Assembly (NCBI GenBank): GCA_963809175.1
Contig: CAWEIK010000001.1
Coordinates: forward strand, 886,792 to 950,791
Length of the DNA stretch: 64,000 nucleotides
Direction of reading: 5' to 3'
DNA from: an uncultured Actinomycetes bacterium
GTDB taxonomy: Bacteria > Actinomycetota > Thermoleophilia > Gaiellales > Gaiellaceae
Part shown: positions 56,736-64,000 of the stretch, one piece after another
How positions within the stretch are numbered: the stretch's first letter is position 1
Layout: each line of letters begins with the position of its first letter
The notes under the pieces: generated by a model
The model's database searches: none
What the model was told of the DNA's origin: nothing
The model's input: only the letters and a program-made list of their open reading frames with translations
Made by a program: the position numbers and the translations under genes

Positions 56736-57059
56736 TCAGCCGGTCGGCAGCTGCAGCGTGCGCTCCGCCGCGCAGGCGTCGGCCCACTGCTCGACGATCT
56801 CGACCAGGCGGCCGCGGAACTCCACGTCGATCGGCTTCTCGACCTCGATCTTCACCTGGTGCACGGCGGCCTCGACGTCGCCGGCGAACTCGTAACGCTG
56901 CTCGGAGACGATCGAGAAGGTGTCGACTCGCGTGCTCAGCTCCCGCGCCAACTCGTCGACCTCCGCCGCGGTCACCTCGCGGCCCGTGATCACGCCGAAG
57001 TTGACGCGGATCTCACGGTCGCCGCTCGAGAACACCATCGTGGGCTCGTCCATGCTCAT
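56736..57059 (-). CDS. hypothetical protein
   Basis: 107-aa ORF with good GC3, 24 nt downstream of the ABC-2 permease on the same strand. Confidence 0.55.
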   Translation of the reverse strand: MSMDEPTMVFSSGDREIRVNFGVITGREVTAAEVDELARELSTRVDTFSIVSEQRYEFAGDVEAAVHQVKIEVEKPIDVEFRGRLVEIVEQWADACAAERTLQLPTG

Positions 57060-57083
57060 GGGGTACCCGGCCCCGGCAGGCCT

Positions 57084-57831
57084 CTAACGCTCCCTCGGCT
57101 CCCAGGTGAAAAACCGCGCAGCAATGAGGGTTCCGGCGACTCCCCAGGCCAGGAGCACGGCGACCGCCACCGGCTGCTCCCAGATCGGCTTCGCGTCGTA
57201 GACGACACCCTGGACGATGTCCACGAGGTAGGTGAGCGGCAGCACGTCGGCGATCGCCTGCAGGAAGTCCGGAAAGTCGCTCGTCGGGCCGAACCCACCG
57301 GAGAGGAAGGCCATCGGCAGCGTGATCACGTTCACGACCGCGGACGCGCCTTCGGCGGAGCGGATCAGCGACGCCGCCCCGAAACCCATCCCCGCAAAGC
57401 ACAGCGCACCCAACACGAAGGCCGCGAAGAGCGACGGCCACTCGCGACGGAAGGTGCCAGTCGTAGAGCACGCGGCCGAGCGCCATGATCGCGATCGCCT
57501 GGAGCGCGAACACGATCAGCATCGAGCAAAGCGTCGCCATGAGGTACATCGAAGCGGGGAGCGGTGTCGCGCGAATCCGCTTGAGGATCCCCAACTCTCG
57601 CCTGACCACGAGGATGATCGCCAGCCCGCCAAACGTTGTGTTGGCGACGCCGTACGTGACCAGCGACGGAACGAGGTAGTCGGTCAGCGGCCGGCCGCGG
57701 TACTCGCCGTCGTAGACGGTCGAGAGCAGCAGGAAGAGCAGCACCGGGAACAAGAAGACGAAGATCGCGCTCTCGCGACCGCGCCAGAAGACGAGCTGGT
57801 CCGCGCGGACCTGGTGTGCGAAGAGGCTCAC
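57084..57831 (-). pseudogene. ABC-2 type transporter permease, one frameshift
   Basis: GTG 57831 overlaps the ATPase stop (GTGA). ..ALGRVLYDWHLPSR in one frame, then WPSLFAAFVLGALCFAGMGFG.. in the next. Junction 57439-57445. 748 nt minus 1 gives 249 codons. Confidence 0.75.
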
Positions 57832-58676
57832 GCGTCGTCCTCGCGCAGGAGCTCGAGGTACACGTCCTCGAGCGATCGGCGGCGCACCTCGAGCTCCTCG
57901 AGCTCGACTCCCTGAGCGACCGCGCGCGACGTGAGCTCGTGCAGCGCGCGCGTCGGCTCCTCCGTCTCGACGACCTTCACCGCGCCGTTCTCTCGGTACC
58001 GGATCTCGGTGCGCGACGATGCGACGAGCTCCGCCGGAGTCCCCTCGGTGACGATCACGCCGTCGCGAAGCACCGCGACCCGGTCGGCGAGCTGCTGCGC
58101 CTCGTCGAGGTAGTGCGTGGTGAGCAGGATCGTCTTGCCGAGCGCCCGCAGGCCGCGGATCATCTCCCACGCGTTCCGCCGCGCCTGCGGGTCGAAGCCG
58201 GTCGTCGGCTCGTCGAGGAAGACGAGGTCGGGGTTGCCGACGAGCGCGAGCCCGAGGTCGAGGCGGCGCTTCTGGCCGCCGGAGAGCGTCTTGATCCGCG
58301 CGTCGCGCTTCTCGACGAGCCCGACCAGCTCGATCACCTCGTCGACGTCGCGCGGGTTGCGGTAGTAGCCCGCGTAGATGCGCAGCGTTTCGCCGACCGT
58401 GATCTGCGGCCAGGTCTCGGAGTGCTGGAGGACGACGCCCATCCGCTCGCGGAGCGCCCGCCCCCGGCGCCCAGGGTCGAGGCCGAGCACCGTGACCTCG
58501 CCCGCGTCGCGCGCGCGGTAGCCCTCGAGGATCTCCACCGTCGTCGTCTTGCCGGCGCCGTTCGGGCCGAGCAGGCAGAAGACCTCGCCCTCCTCGATCC
58601 GGAACGTGATCCCTCGAACCGCTTCGTGCTCGCCGTAGGACTTGCGCAGTCCGCTGACGTCGACCGCCGCTGCCAT
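57828..58676 (-). CDS. ABC transporter ATP-binding protein
   Basis: 282-aa ORF. Walker [10 protein letters not shown], signature LSGGQKRRL, Walker B VFLDEPTTGFD. Confidence 0.85.
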   Translation of the reverse strand: MAAAVDVSGLRKSYGEHEAVRGITFRIEEGEVFCLLGPNGAGKTTTVEILEGYRARDAGEVTVLGLDPGRRGRALRERMGVVLQHSETWPQITVGETLRIYAGYYRNPRDVDEVIELVGLVEKRDARIKTLSGGQKRRLDLGLALVGNPDLVFLDEPTTGFDPQARRNAWEMIRGLRALGKTILLTTHYLDEAQQLADRVAVLRDGVIVTEGTPAELVASSRTEIRYRENGAVKVVETEEPTRALHELTSRAVAQGVELEELEVRRRSLEDVYLELLREDDA

Positions 58677-59068
58677 CAGACGTCGACCGCGACGACGCCG
58701 CCCGGCGGGAACGGGGGCTCCGGGCCGCCGCTGAGCGCCGCGACGGTCCGGCTGCAGTCGGGCTGGTGGCCCACGACGACCACCGTCTCTCCGCGGCCCG
58801 AAGCGACAGCGCGGACGTCTTCCGGGTCCGCTCCCGGGGCGAGCCGCTCGTCGGCGTCCGCGTCGATGCCGACGGCCCTCGCGATCGCGGCGGCCGTTTC
58901 TCTCGCGCGCAGCAGCGGGCTCGAGACCACGGCGTCCAGCTGGATGCCGTCAGCCGCGAAGCGCTGCCCGAGCAGGCGAGCCTGTTCTCGCCCCGCCTCG
59001 GTGAGCGGTCGCAGGTCGTCGGGCTCGCCCTGAGCCGCCTCCGCGTGACGCACGATGAAGAGCCGCAC
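58676..59068 (-). CDS. sixA: phosphohistidine phosphatase SixA-like (histidine phosphatase family)
   Basis: 130-aa ORF. LFIVRHAEA..LSSPLLRARETA..VGHQP. The stop overlaps the ATPase start by 1 nt. Confidence 0.75.
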   Translation of the reverse strand: MRLFIVRHAEAAQGEPDDLRPLTEAGREQARLLGQRFAADGIQLDAVVSSPLLRARETAAAIARAVGIDADADERLAPGADPEDVRAVASGRGETVVVVGHQPDCSRTVAALSGGPEPPFPPGGVVAVDV

Positions 59069-59121
59069 GCCCGCAAGGATACGACCGGTGCCGTCGGGAC
59101 CTCCTTGTAGGGTCCGGCGCC

Positions 59122-59724
59122 GTGATCCGTACTGTCCCCGGCAGCGGTGGTTGGCTCGAGGTGGTCTGCGGGCCGATGTTCAGCGGCAAGAGCGAAGAGC
59201 TCATCCGCCGCCTCCGGCGCGCCGAGATCGCGGGGCAGCGCGTCCTGATCGTGAAGCCCCGGATCGACGACCGGTTCGACGTCTCGCACGTCGTCAGCCA
59301 CGCCGGCGCGAGGATGCGCGCCGTCGCGGTCGGCGGCGTCGAGGAGACGCTGCGCCGCGCCGATGGCTACGACGTCGTCGGCGTCGACGAGGCGCAGTTC
59401 TTCGAGCCGGCGATCGTCGACGCGGTGCAGGAGCTCGTCGAGCGCGGCAAGCGCGTCGTCGCTGCTGGTCTCGATCGCGACTTCCGCGGCGAGCCGTTCG
59501 GGCCGATGCCGCTGCTGCTCTGCCTCGCGGAGTTCGTCGACAAGCTGCAGGCCGTGTGCCACCAGTGCGGCGGCGCGGCGACGCGAACGCAGCGGCTCGT
59601 CGACGGCGAGCCCGCGCCGTTCGACGGCGCGACGATCCAGATCGGCGCGCTCGACTCGTACGAGGCACGCTGCAGTGCGTGTTACCGCGCGGGCGTCGTC
59701 GTCGCGCTCGGCGCAGTCGGCTAG
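59122..59724 (+). CDS. tdk: thymidine kinase
   Basis: 200-aa ORF. P-loop GPMFSGKSEEL, VDEAQFF, and C-terminal zinc-ribbon cysteines. Confidence 0.9.
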   Translation: MIRTVPGSGGWLEVVCGPMFSGKSEELIRRLRRAEIAGQRVLIVKPRIDDRFDVSHVVSHAGARMRAVAVGGVEETLRRADGYDVVGVDEAQFFEPAIVDAVQELVERGKRVVAAGLDRDFRGEPFGPMPLLLCLAEFVDKLQAVCHQCGGAATRTQRLVDGEPAPFDGATIQIGALDSYEARCSACYRAGVVVALGAVG

Positions 59725-59734
59725 CCTCTGGCCC

Positions 59735-60154
59735 TTGGCCCAACCCGGCTTCATCGACCACATCGGGATCGGCGTGCCGGATCTCGTCGCGACGAAGCAG
59801 TACTACGACGAGCTCATGGGCGTCCTCGGGCTCCGCGAATGGTTCGAGACAGGCCCCGAAGGACCACTCAACTACGGGCCCGACGGCGCTCTCGGTTCAC
59901 AGCTGTTCTTCTACCAAGCAGAGGAACCGGGAACCTACTCGCGCGGGCAAACGGGCCTTCATCACCTCGCGTTCCTGGTCGCGAGCAGAGCGGTCGTCCG
60001 AGCGGCGCACCAATGGGCACGTGCACGCGAGGCCGTCATCTTGGACGAGCCAGGCGAGTTCCCTCAGTACGGGGAACACTGTTTTGCGACGTACTGGCTC
60101 GATCCTCACGGGTTCAAGCTCGAGGCGGTTTGCCACACCCCCGAAGAGAGCTAG
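59735..60154 (+). CDS. VOC (glyoxalase/bleomycin-resistance/dioxygenase) family protein
   Basis: In-frame TTG 59735, the only start codon I found before the conserved IDHIGIGVPDL. 139 aa. Confidence 0.65.
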   Translation: MAQPGFIDHIGIGVPDLVATKQYYDELMGVLGLREWFETGPEGPLNYGPDGALGSQLFFYQAEEPGTYSRGQTGLHHLAFLVASRAVVRAAHQWARAREAVILDEPGEFPQYGEHCFATYWLDPHGFKLEAVCHTPEES

Positions 60155-60175
60155 CCGCGGGCTAGAGTCGCCGCG

Positions 60176-61022
60176 ATGCCGGGCACGTATCGCTACGTCG
60201 TCGCCGACGTGTTCACCGACACGCCGCTGGAGGGGAACCAGCTCGCGGTGTTCACGGACGCGCGCGACATCCCCGAGGGGCAGCTCCAGCCACTGGCGAA
60301 GGAGATGGCGTTCAGCGAGACCGTCTTCGTGTACCCGACCGACGCCGAAGCCCATGTTCGGATCCGGATCTTCACGCCCGCTGCCGAGATCCCCTTCGCC
60401 GGTCATCCGACGCTCGGGACCGCCTTCGTCCTCGCGCAGCCGCTGCAGCTCGAGGTGATCGCGATCGAGACGGGCTCGGGCGTCGTTCCGGTCTGGCTCG
60501 AACGAGAAGGCCCGAAGATCGTGTTCGGTCGGATGCACCAGCCGATCCCGACGATCGAGCCGTTCGACGAGGAGCCGCTCCTCGCGGCGCTCGGCGTCGA
60601 GCGCTCGGAGCTCCCCGTCGAGCTCTACGACAACGGCATGCGCTTCGTCTACGTCGCGCTCAGCAGCGAGGACGAGGTCGCGGCGCTCGATCCCGATTCC
60701 CGTGCGCTCGGCCGGGTGCGACGGATTCGGAGGCGTCAACTGCTTCGCGGGCTCCGGTGACCGCTGGAAGACCCGCATGTTCGCGCCCGGCCAAGGCGTG
60801 ACGGAGGACCCGGCGACGGGCTCGGCGGCGGGACCGCTCGCGGTCCACCTCGCCCGCCACGGGCGAATCGGCTGGGGCGAGGAGATCCGAATCTCGCAGG
60901 GCGCGGAGGTGGGCCGCCCGTCGACGCTGTTCGCGCGCGCCGACGGCTCGGCCGACGCGATCGAGCGCGTCGAGGTCGGCGGCTCGGCCGTCGTGGTCGC
61001 CCGCGGCGAGTTCCGCCTTTAG
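60176..61022 (+). pseudogene. PhzF-family isomerase, one frameshift
   Basis: YVVADVFTDTPLEGNQLAVF..ETVFV..IRIFTPAAEIPFAGHPTLG in frame 2, then ..GVNCFAGSGDRWKTRMFAPGQGVTEDPATGSAAGPLAVHL in frame 0. Junction somewhere in 60690-60735. 847 nt minus 1 gives 282 codons. Confidence 0.8.
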
Positions 61023-61822
61023 CGGCGGCGCTTGCGGTTCGTGAGCAGCAGCGCGACGAGCGCGGTCGCACGACGCGCGGCCGCCACCGGCCCGAGCCCG
61101 TCGCTTCGCGCCGCGAGATAGCCGACGCCGAACACGTCGCCGCAGCCGGTCAGGTCGACGCCTTGGATCGGGTGGCACGGCACGGGAGTCGTGTCCCCGC
61201 CCGCGTAGACGACCGAGCCGCGGGAGCCGTACGTGACGACGACCTCGGGAACGCCGAGCCGCTCGATCGAGCGCTCGTTCACGTCACGCAGGATCACGCT
61301 CGCTTCCTCCTCGGCGAGCTTGAGGAACGTGACGCTGCGCAGGACGTCCCGGTCGAACTGGTCGTCGAAGCGGACCTTGCCGACCTCGGCGCAGCGCACG
61401 AGCCCCTGGCCGTCGTACGAGACCTTGCGACCGACCGCGAGCGCCTCCATCGTCTCGGCAGGGAAGTCGGACTGGACGAGCGGGGCGACGTGCACCCACC
61501 GTGCGTCGCCGATCGCCGCGAGATCGTCCGGCTGCCAAGGATCGCCGACGGCCTGCAGTTCGGTCGTGCGCACCTCGCCTTCGTAGCGCAGCGCGAACGC
61601 GGCGGTCTGCTCCGCGTCGACCATCGTCAGCTGCAAGCCGAGCGAGGCGAGCGGCGGGACGACGAGGGCGCGATCCTCCGGGGCGCACTTCGCGACGATG
61701 TGCGCGCGCCGCTCGAGCAGCCGCAGCCCCTGGCCGCAGTGGTACGGCCCGCCGCCGACCTGCGGCCTCCCGTCGTCGATGACGTCGATCGCCACGTTCC
61801 CGAGGACCGCGAGGTCGCCCAC
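61019..61822 (-). CDS. PfkB-family carbohydrate/nucleoside kinase
   Basis: In-frame GTG 61822, 16 nt after the upstream stop. ..VGDLAVLGNVAIDVI.. and DLTGCGDVF motifs. 267 aa. Confidence 0.7.
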   Translation of the reverse strand: MGDLAVLGNVAIDVIDDGRPQVGGGPYHCGQGLRLLERRAHIVAKCAPEDRALVVPPLASLGLQLTMVDAEQTAAFALRYEGEVRTTELQAVGDPWQPDDLAAIGDARWVHVAPLVQSDFPAETMEALAVGRKVSYDGQGLVRCAEVGKVRFDDQFDRDVLRSVTFLKLAEEEASVILRDVNERSIERLGVPEVVVTYGSRGSVVYAGGDTTPVPCHPIQGVDLTGCGDVFGVGYLAARSDGLGPVAAARRATALVALLLTNRKRRR

Positions 61823-61838
61823 GATGTCATCTTCGCGG

Positions 61839-62498
61839 CTACTCGACGCCGATGCGGGCGGCAAGCTCGCGGGCGATCGCGTGGTCGGCTCCGCCGGCAC
61901 GCACGACCACGGGGCCCCCGAAGGGCTCCTGGTTCGTCACCGCGACCCGCGCCCCCGGGATCAGACCGAGCTCGCCGAGATAGCGAAGGAGGTCGCGGTC
62001 CGTGTCCGGGACGCGCCGCACGGTGGCGGACGCGCCCGCGGCGACGTCTGCGAGGGAACGCTCCTGCGCGTGGTCGAGCTCGAGCGTCGCGCTCGGGATC
62101 GGGTCGCCGTGCGGGTCGTGCGTCGGGAAGCCGAGCGAGGCGTCGATCAGCGCCTCGAGCTCCTCCGAGAGCGCGTGCTCGAGCCGGTCCGCCTCGGCGT
62201 GCACGGCCTCCAGGGGCAGGCCCAGCTGCGTCGAGAGGTACTGCTCGAGCAGCCGGTGGTGGCGGATCATCTCGATCGCGACGAGCTCGCCCCTCCGGGT
62301 CAGGCGCGCGCCGCGGTAGGGCTCGTGCTCCGCCAGGCCGAGCTGGGCGAGCTTCTTCAGCATCGCGGTCGCCGAGGCGGGCGCGACTCCCATCCGGCGG
62401 GCGAGCGCGGAGGTGGAGGCACGGCCGCCGGCCTGGAGCTTGTAGAGCTCCTTCACGTAGTCCTGGACGGACGTGGAGAGGCTTGCGGTCTCGCTCAA
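61839..62498 (-). CDS. DtxR/IdeR/MntR-family metal-dependent repressor with C-terminal FeoA/SH3-like domain
   Basis: ..SVQDYVKELYKL..RHHRLLEQYL..EADRLEHALS..PTHDPHGDPIP... TTG 62498 chosen as start. The in-frame ATG at 62525 would add 9 codons of AT-rich, atypical codons (TCT AAA CTG TAT ATT AGA GAA) and leave no intergenic space. Confidence 0.8.
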   Translation of the reverse strand: MSETASLSTSVQDYVKELYKLQAGGRASTSALARRMGVAPASATAMLKKLAQLGLAEHEPYRGARLTRRGELVAIEMIRHHRLLEQYLSTQLGLPLEAVHAEADRLEHALSEELEALIDASLGFPTHDPHGDPIPSATLELDHAQERSLADVAAGASATVRRVPDTDRDLLRYLGELGLIPGARVAVTNQEPFGGPVVVRAGGADHAIARELAARIGVE

Positions 62499-62504
62499 GG
62501 TTTC

Positions 62505-62522
62505 TCTAATATACAGTTTAGA
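62505..62522. promoter_or_regulatory. inverted repeat in an AT-rich divergent promoter region, candidate metalloregulator operator
   Basis: TCTAA-TATACAGT-TTAGA read directly. It sits in an AT-rich stretch (62499-62540) within a GC-rich genome, between the repressor gene and the multicopper oxidase ATG at 62524. Confidence 0.4.
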
Positions 62523-62523
62523 C

Positions 62524-63519
62524 ATGACGAAATTCAGCCGGAAGAGGCTGCTCGGGGCCGCTGTGCCCCTCCTCGCCGCCGGCCCGCTCGCCCGGGTTGC
62601 CTTCGCCGAGACCGAGCACTCCGCGACCCACGAGGGCCACGACCAGGTGCACGCCCCCGAGGGCCACGCGGCGATGATCGGGAACGAGGCGCCCTCGATC
62701 GCGCGCAACCCGGCGATCGACGCGCTGCTCACGCCGCCGCCGGCGCTGCCGCACCAGCCCGGCCGCGTGCGCGAGTACACACTCGTCGCGCGCGACCACG
62801 ACATCGAGGTCGCGCAGGGCGTGCACGTTCCCGGCGTGGACGTACAACGGCACCGCGCCGGGGCCTGTGATCCGCGCGACCGAGGACGACCTGCTGCGCG
62901 TGCACTTCCGCAACGAGGGCGCAGCACCCGCACACGATCCACTTCCACGGCATCCACCCCGCGAACATGGACGGCGTCTTCGAGATCATCCCAACGGGCG
63001 GCGAGTTCACGTACGAGTTCCCGGCGAGACCGTGGGGCATGCAGCTCTACCACTGCCACTCGACGCCGCTGAAGAAGCACATCCACAAGGGCCTCTACGG
63101 CGCGTTCATCATCGACCCGCCGAAGCCGCGCAAGCCGGCGCAGGAGCTCGTGATGGTGATGAACGGCTTCGACACCGACGGCGACGGTCGAACAACTTCT
63201 ACGCCGTCAACGGGCCCGGCGTTCTACTACGCGCGCTATCCGATCCGCGTCTCGCGATCCCAGACGGTGCGCATCTACCTCGCGAACCTCACCGAGTTCG
63301 ACCTGATCAACTCGTTCCACCTGCACGGCGACTTCTTCCGGTACTACCGCACGGGCCGCGACGAGGTGGTCGAGTACACCGACACGGTGATGCTCGGACA
63401 GGGTGAGCGCGGGATCATCGAGATCGACTTCGCGAACACCGGGCCGGTTCATGTTCCACGCGCACCAGTCGGAGTTCGCCGAGCTCGGCTGGATGGGCTT
63501 CTTCGACGTGGTCGAGTGA
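62524..63519 (+). pseudogene. two-domain multicopper oxidase (nitrite-reductase-like fold) with signal peptide, about five frameshifts
   Basis: Stitching the frames gives MTKFSRKRLLGAAVPLLAAGP..VHVPAWTYNGTAPGPVIRATEDDLLRVHFRNEGAHPHTIHFHGIHP..MQLYHCHSTPLKKHIHKGLYG..NNFYAVNGPAFYY..NSFHLHGDFF..FMFHAHQSEFAELGWMGFFDVVE*. Junctions near 62830-62835, 62921-62930, 63186-63191, 63213-63218 and 63444-63448. Confidence 0.7.
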
Positions 63520-64000
63520 CGGAGATCGCCGAGCGCGCAGTCCGGAGCGTGGCGCCTCTGGGCGCTGGTCCCGCTCGTCGCGCTCGTCGCGATCGTGTCG
63601 CTCTTCGCCACGACCGGCGGCTCGCTGATCGACCTGCTCGGGCGCACGCCGCCGCCGGCCGACGCCTTCGACGTTCGCGGGGTCGAGTTCAGGCCGGGCG
63701 AGATCAAAGTCCGCGTGACGAACCCTCAGCCGGAAGACCTGACGATCGCGACCGTCACGGTCGACGACGCGATCGTCCCGTTCAGCATCGACGGGCCGAC
63801 CACGCTCGAGCGACTGCGCTCGGCGACGATCGTGATCCCGTACGACGTGGGTCGACGACGAGCCGGTGCTGATCGGAATCACCAGCTCGTCGGGCATCGA
63901 GACGACGCACGAGGTGCGCCGCTGCTGTGGAGACGCCCGAGCCGTCGGCGAAGGGCTTCCTCGGCTTCGCCCTCGTCGGGCTGCTCGTCGGCGTGATCCC
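63516..64000 (+). pseudogene. membrane protein with extracytoplasmic N-terminal domain, probably a ZIP-family metal transporter; partial (runs off the window end), about three frameshifts
   Basis: GTG 63516 overlaps the oxidase stop (GTGA). Stitching gives VTEIAERAVRS / WRLWALVPLVALVAIVSLFATTGG..VRVTNPQPEDLTIATVTVDDAIVPF..IVIPYD / WVDDEPVLIGITSSSGIETTHEV / AAAVETPEPSAKGFLGFALVGLLVGVI. Junctions near 63530-63552, 63846-63850 and 63916-63921. Confidence 0.5.

Noticed and set aside
62499-62525. ATG at 62525 as the start of the DtxR-family repressor, which would overlap the oxidase ATG in a CATG
   Set aside because: The nine extra codons (TCT AAA CTG TAT ATT AGA GAA ACC..) are AT-rich and atypical for this genome. 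They would also eliminate the intergenic region that contains the inverted repeat. TTG 62498 aligns better with family N-termini (..SVQDYVKELYKL).
8057-63921. Programmed ribosomal frameshifting as an explanation for the frame breaks
   Set aside because: There are about 26 sites in 17 unrelated genes. They share no slippery heptamer or downstream structure. Several genes would need two to five events. The breaks interrupt conserved motifs at arbitrary positions.

Overview
High-GC (about 70% by eye), actinobacterium-like chromosomal window, densely coding on both strands, with about 70 genes. I found no rRNA, CRISPR array, transposase or integrase.

Main blocks:
1. caa3-type cytochrome c oxidase operon ctaC-ctaD-ctaB (3.1-7.0 kb).
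2. A DivIVA-motif membrane protein with Glu-Pro repeats, and a nucleotidyl-cyclase/STAND-ATPase/LuxR regulator (7.3-12.1 kb).
3. A split reductive pyrimidine/hydantoin catabolic region. Class-III aminotransferase plus mmsA lie at 14.7-17.6 kb. Dihydropyrimidinase, an NMT1-type ABC importer, an N-carbamoyl-amino-acid amidohydrolase and an LLM-family oxidoreductase lie at 20.5-28.6 kb.
4. An ABC-2 exporter, a surface protein of about 1150 aa built from 11 Ig-like Cys-pair repeats, and a GGDEF sensor (29.7-37.4 kb).
5. A relic kdp locus: kdpB tail, kdpC, kdpD and only the receiver half of kdpE (37.9-41.5 kb).
6. A Wzm/Wzt-type exporter and an S8 protease with five PPC-like repeats (41.5-46.3 kb).
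7. Mixed accessory genes, and tRNA-Arg(CCT) at 55265-55336.
8. A DtxR/MntR-type repressor divergent from a multicopper oxidase and a ZIP-like transporter (61.8-64.0 kb).

About 26 apparent single-base frameshifts interrupt 17 otherwise well-conserved genes. Almost all behave as one extra base, and they are very unevenly distributed. They are either consensus indel errors or real gene decay; the sequence alone cannot decide. Genes needing frame repair are typed pseudogene and span the full reconstructed gene. All calls rest on reading the six-frame track and the DNA by eye. No database search was run.
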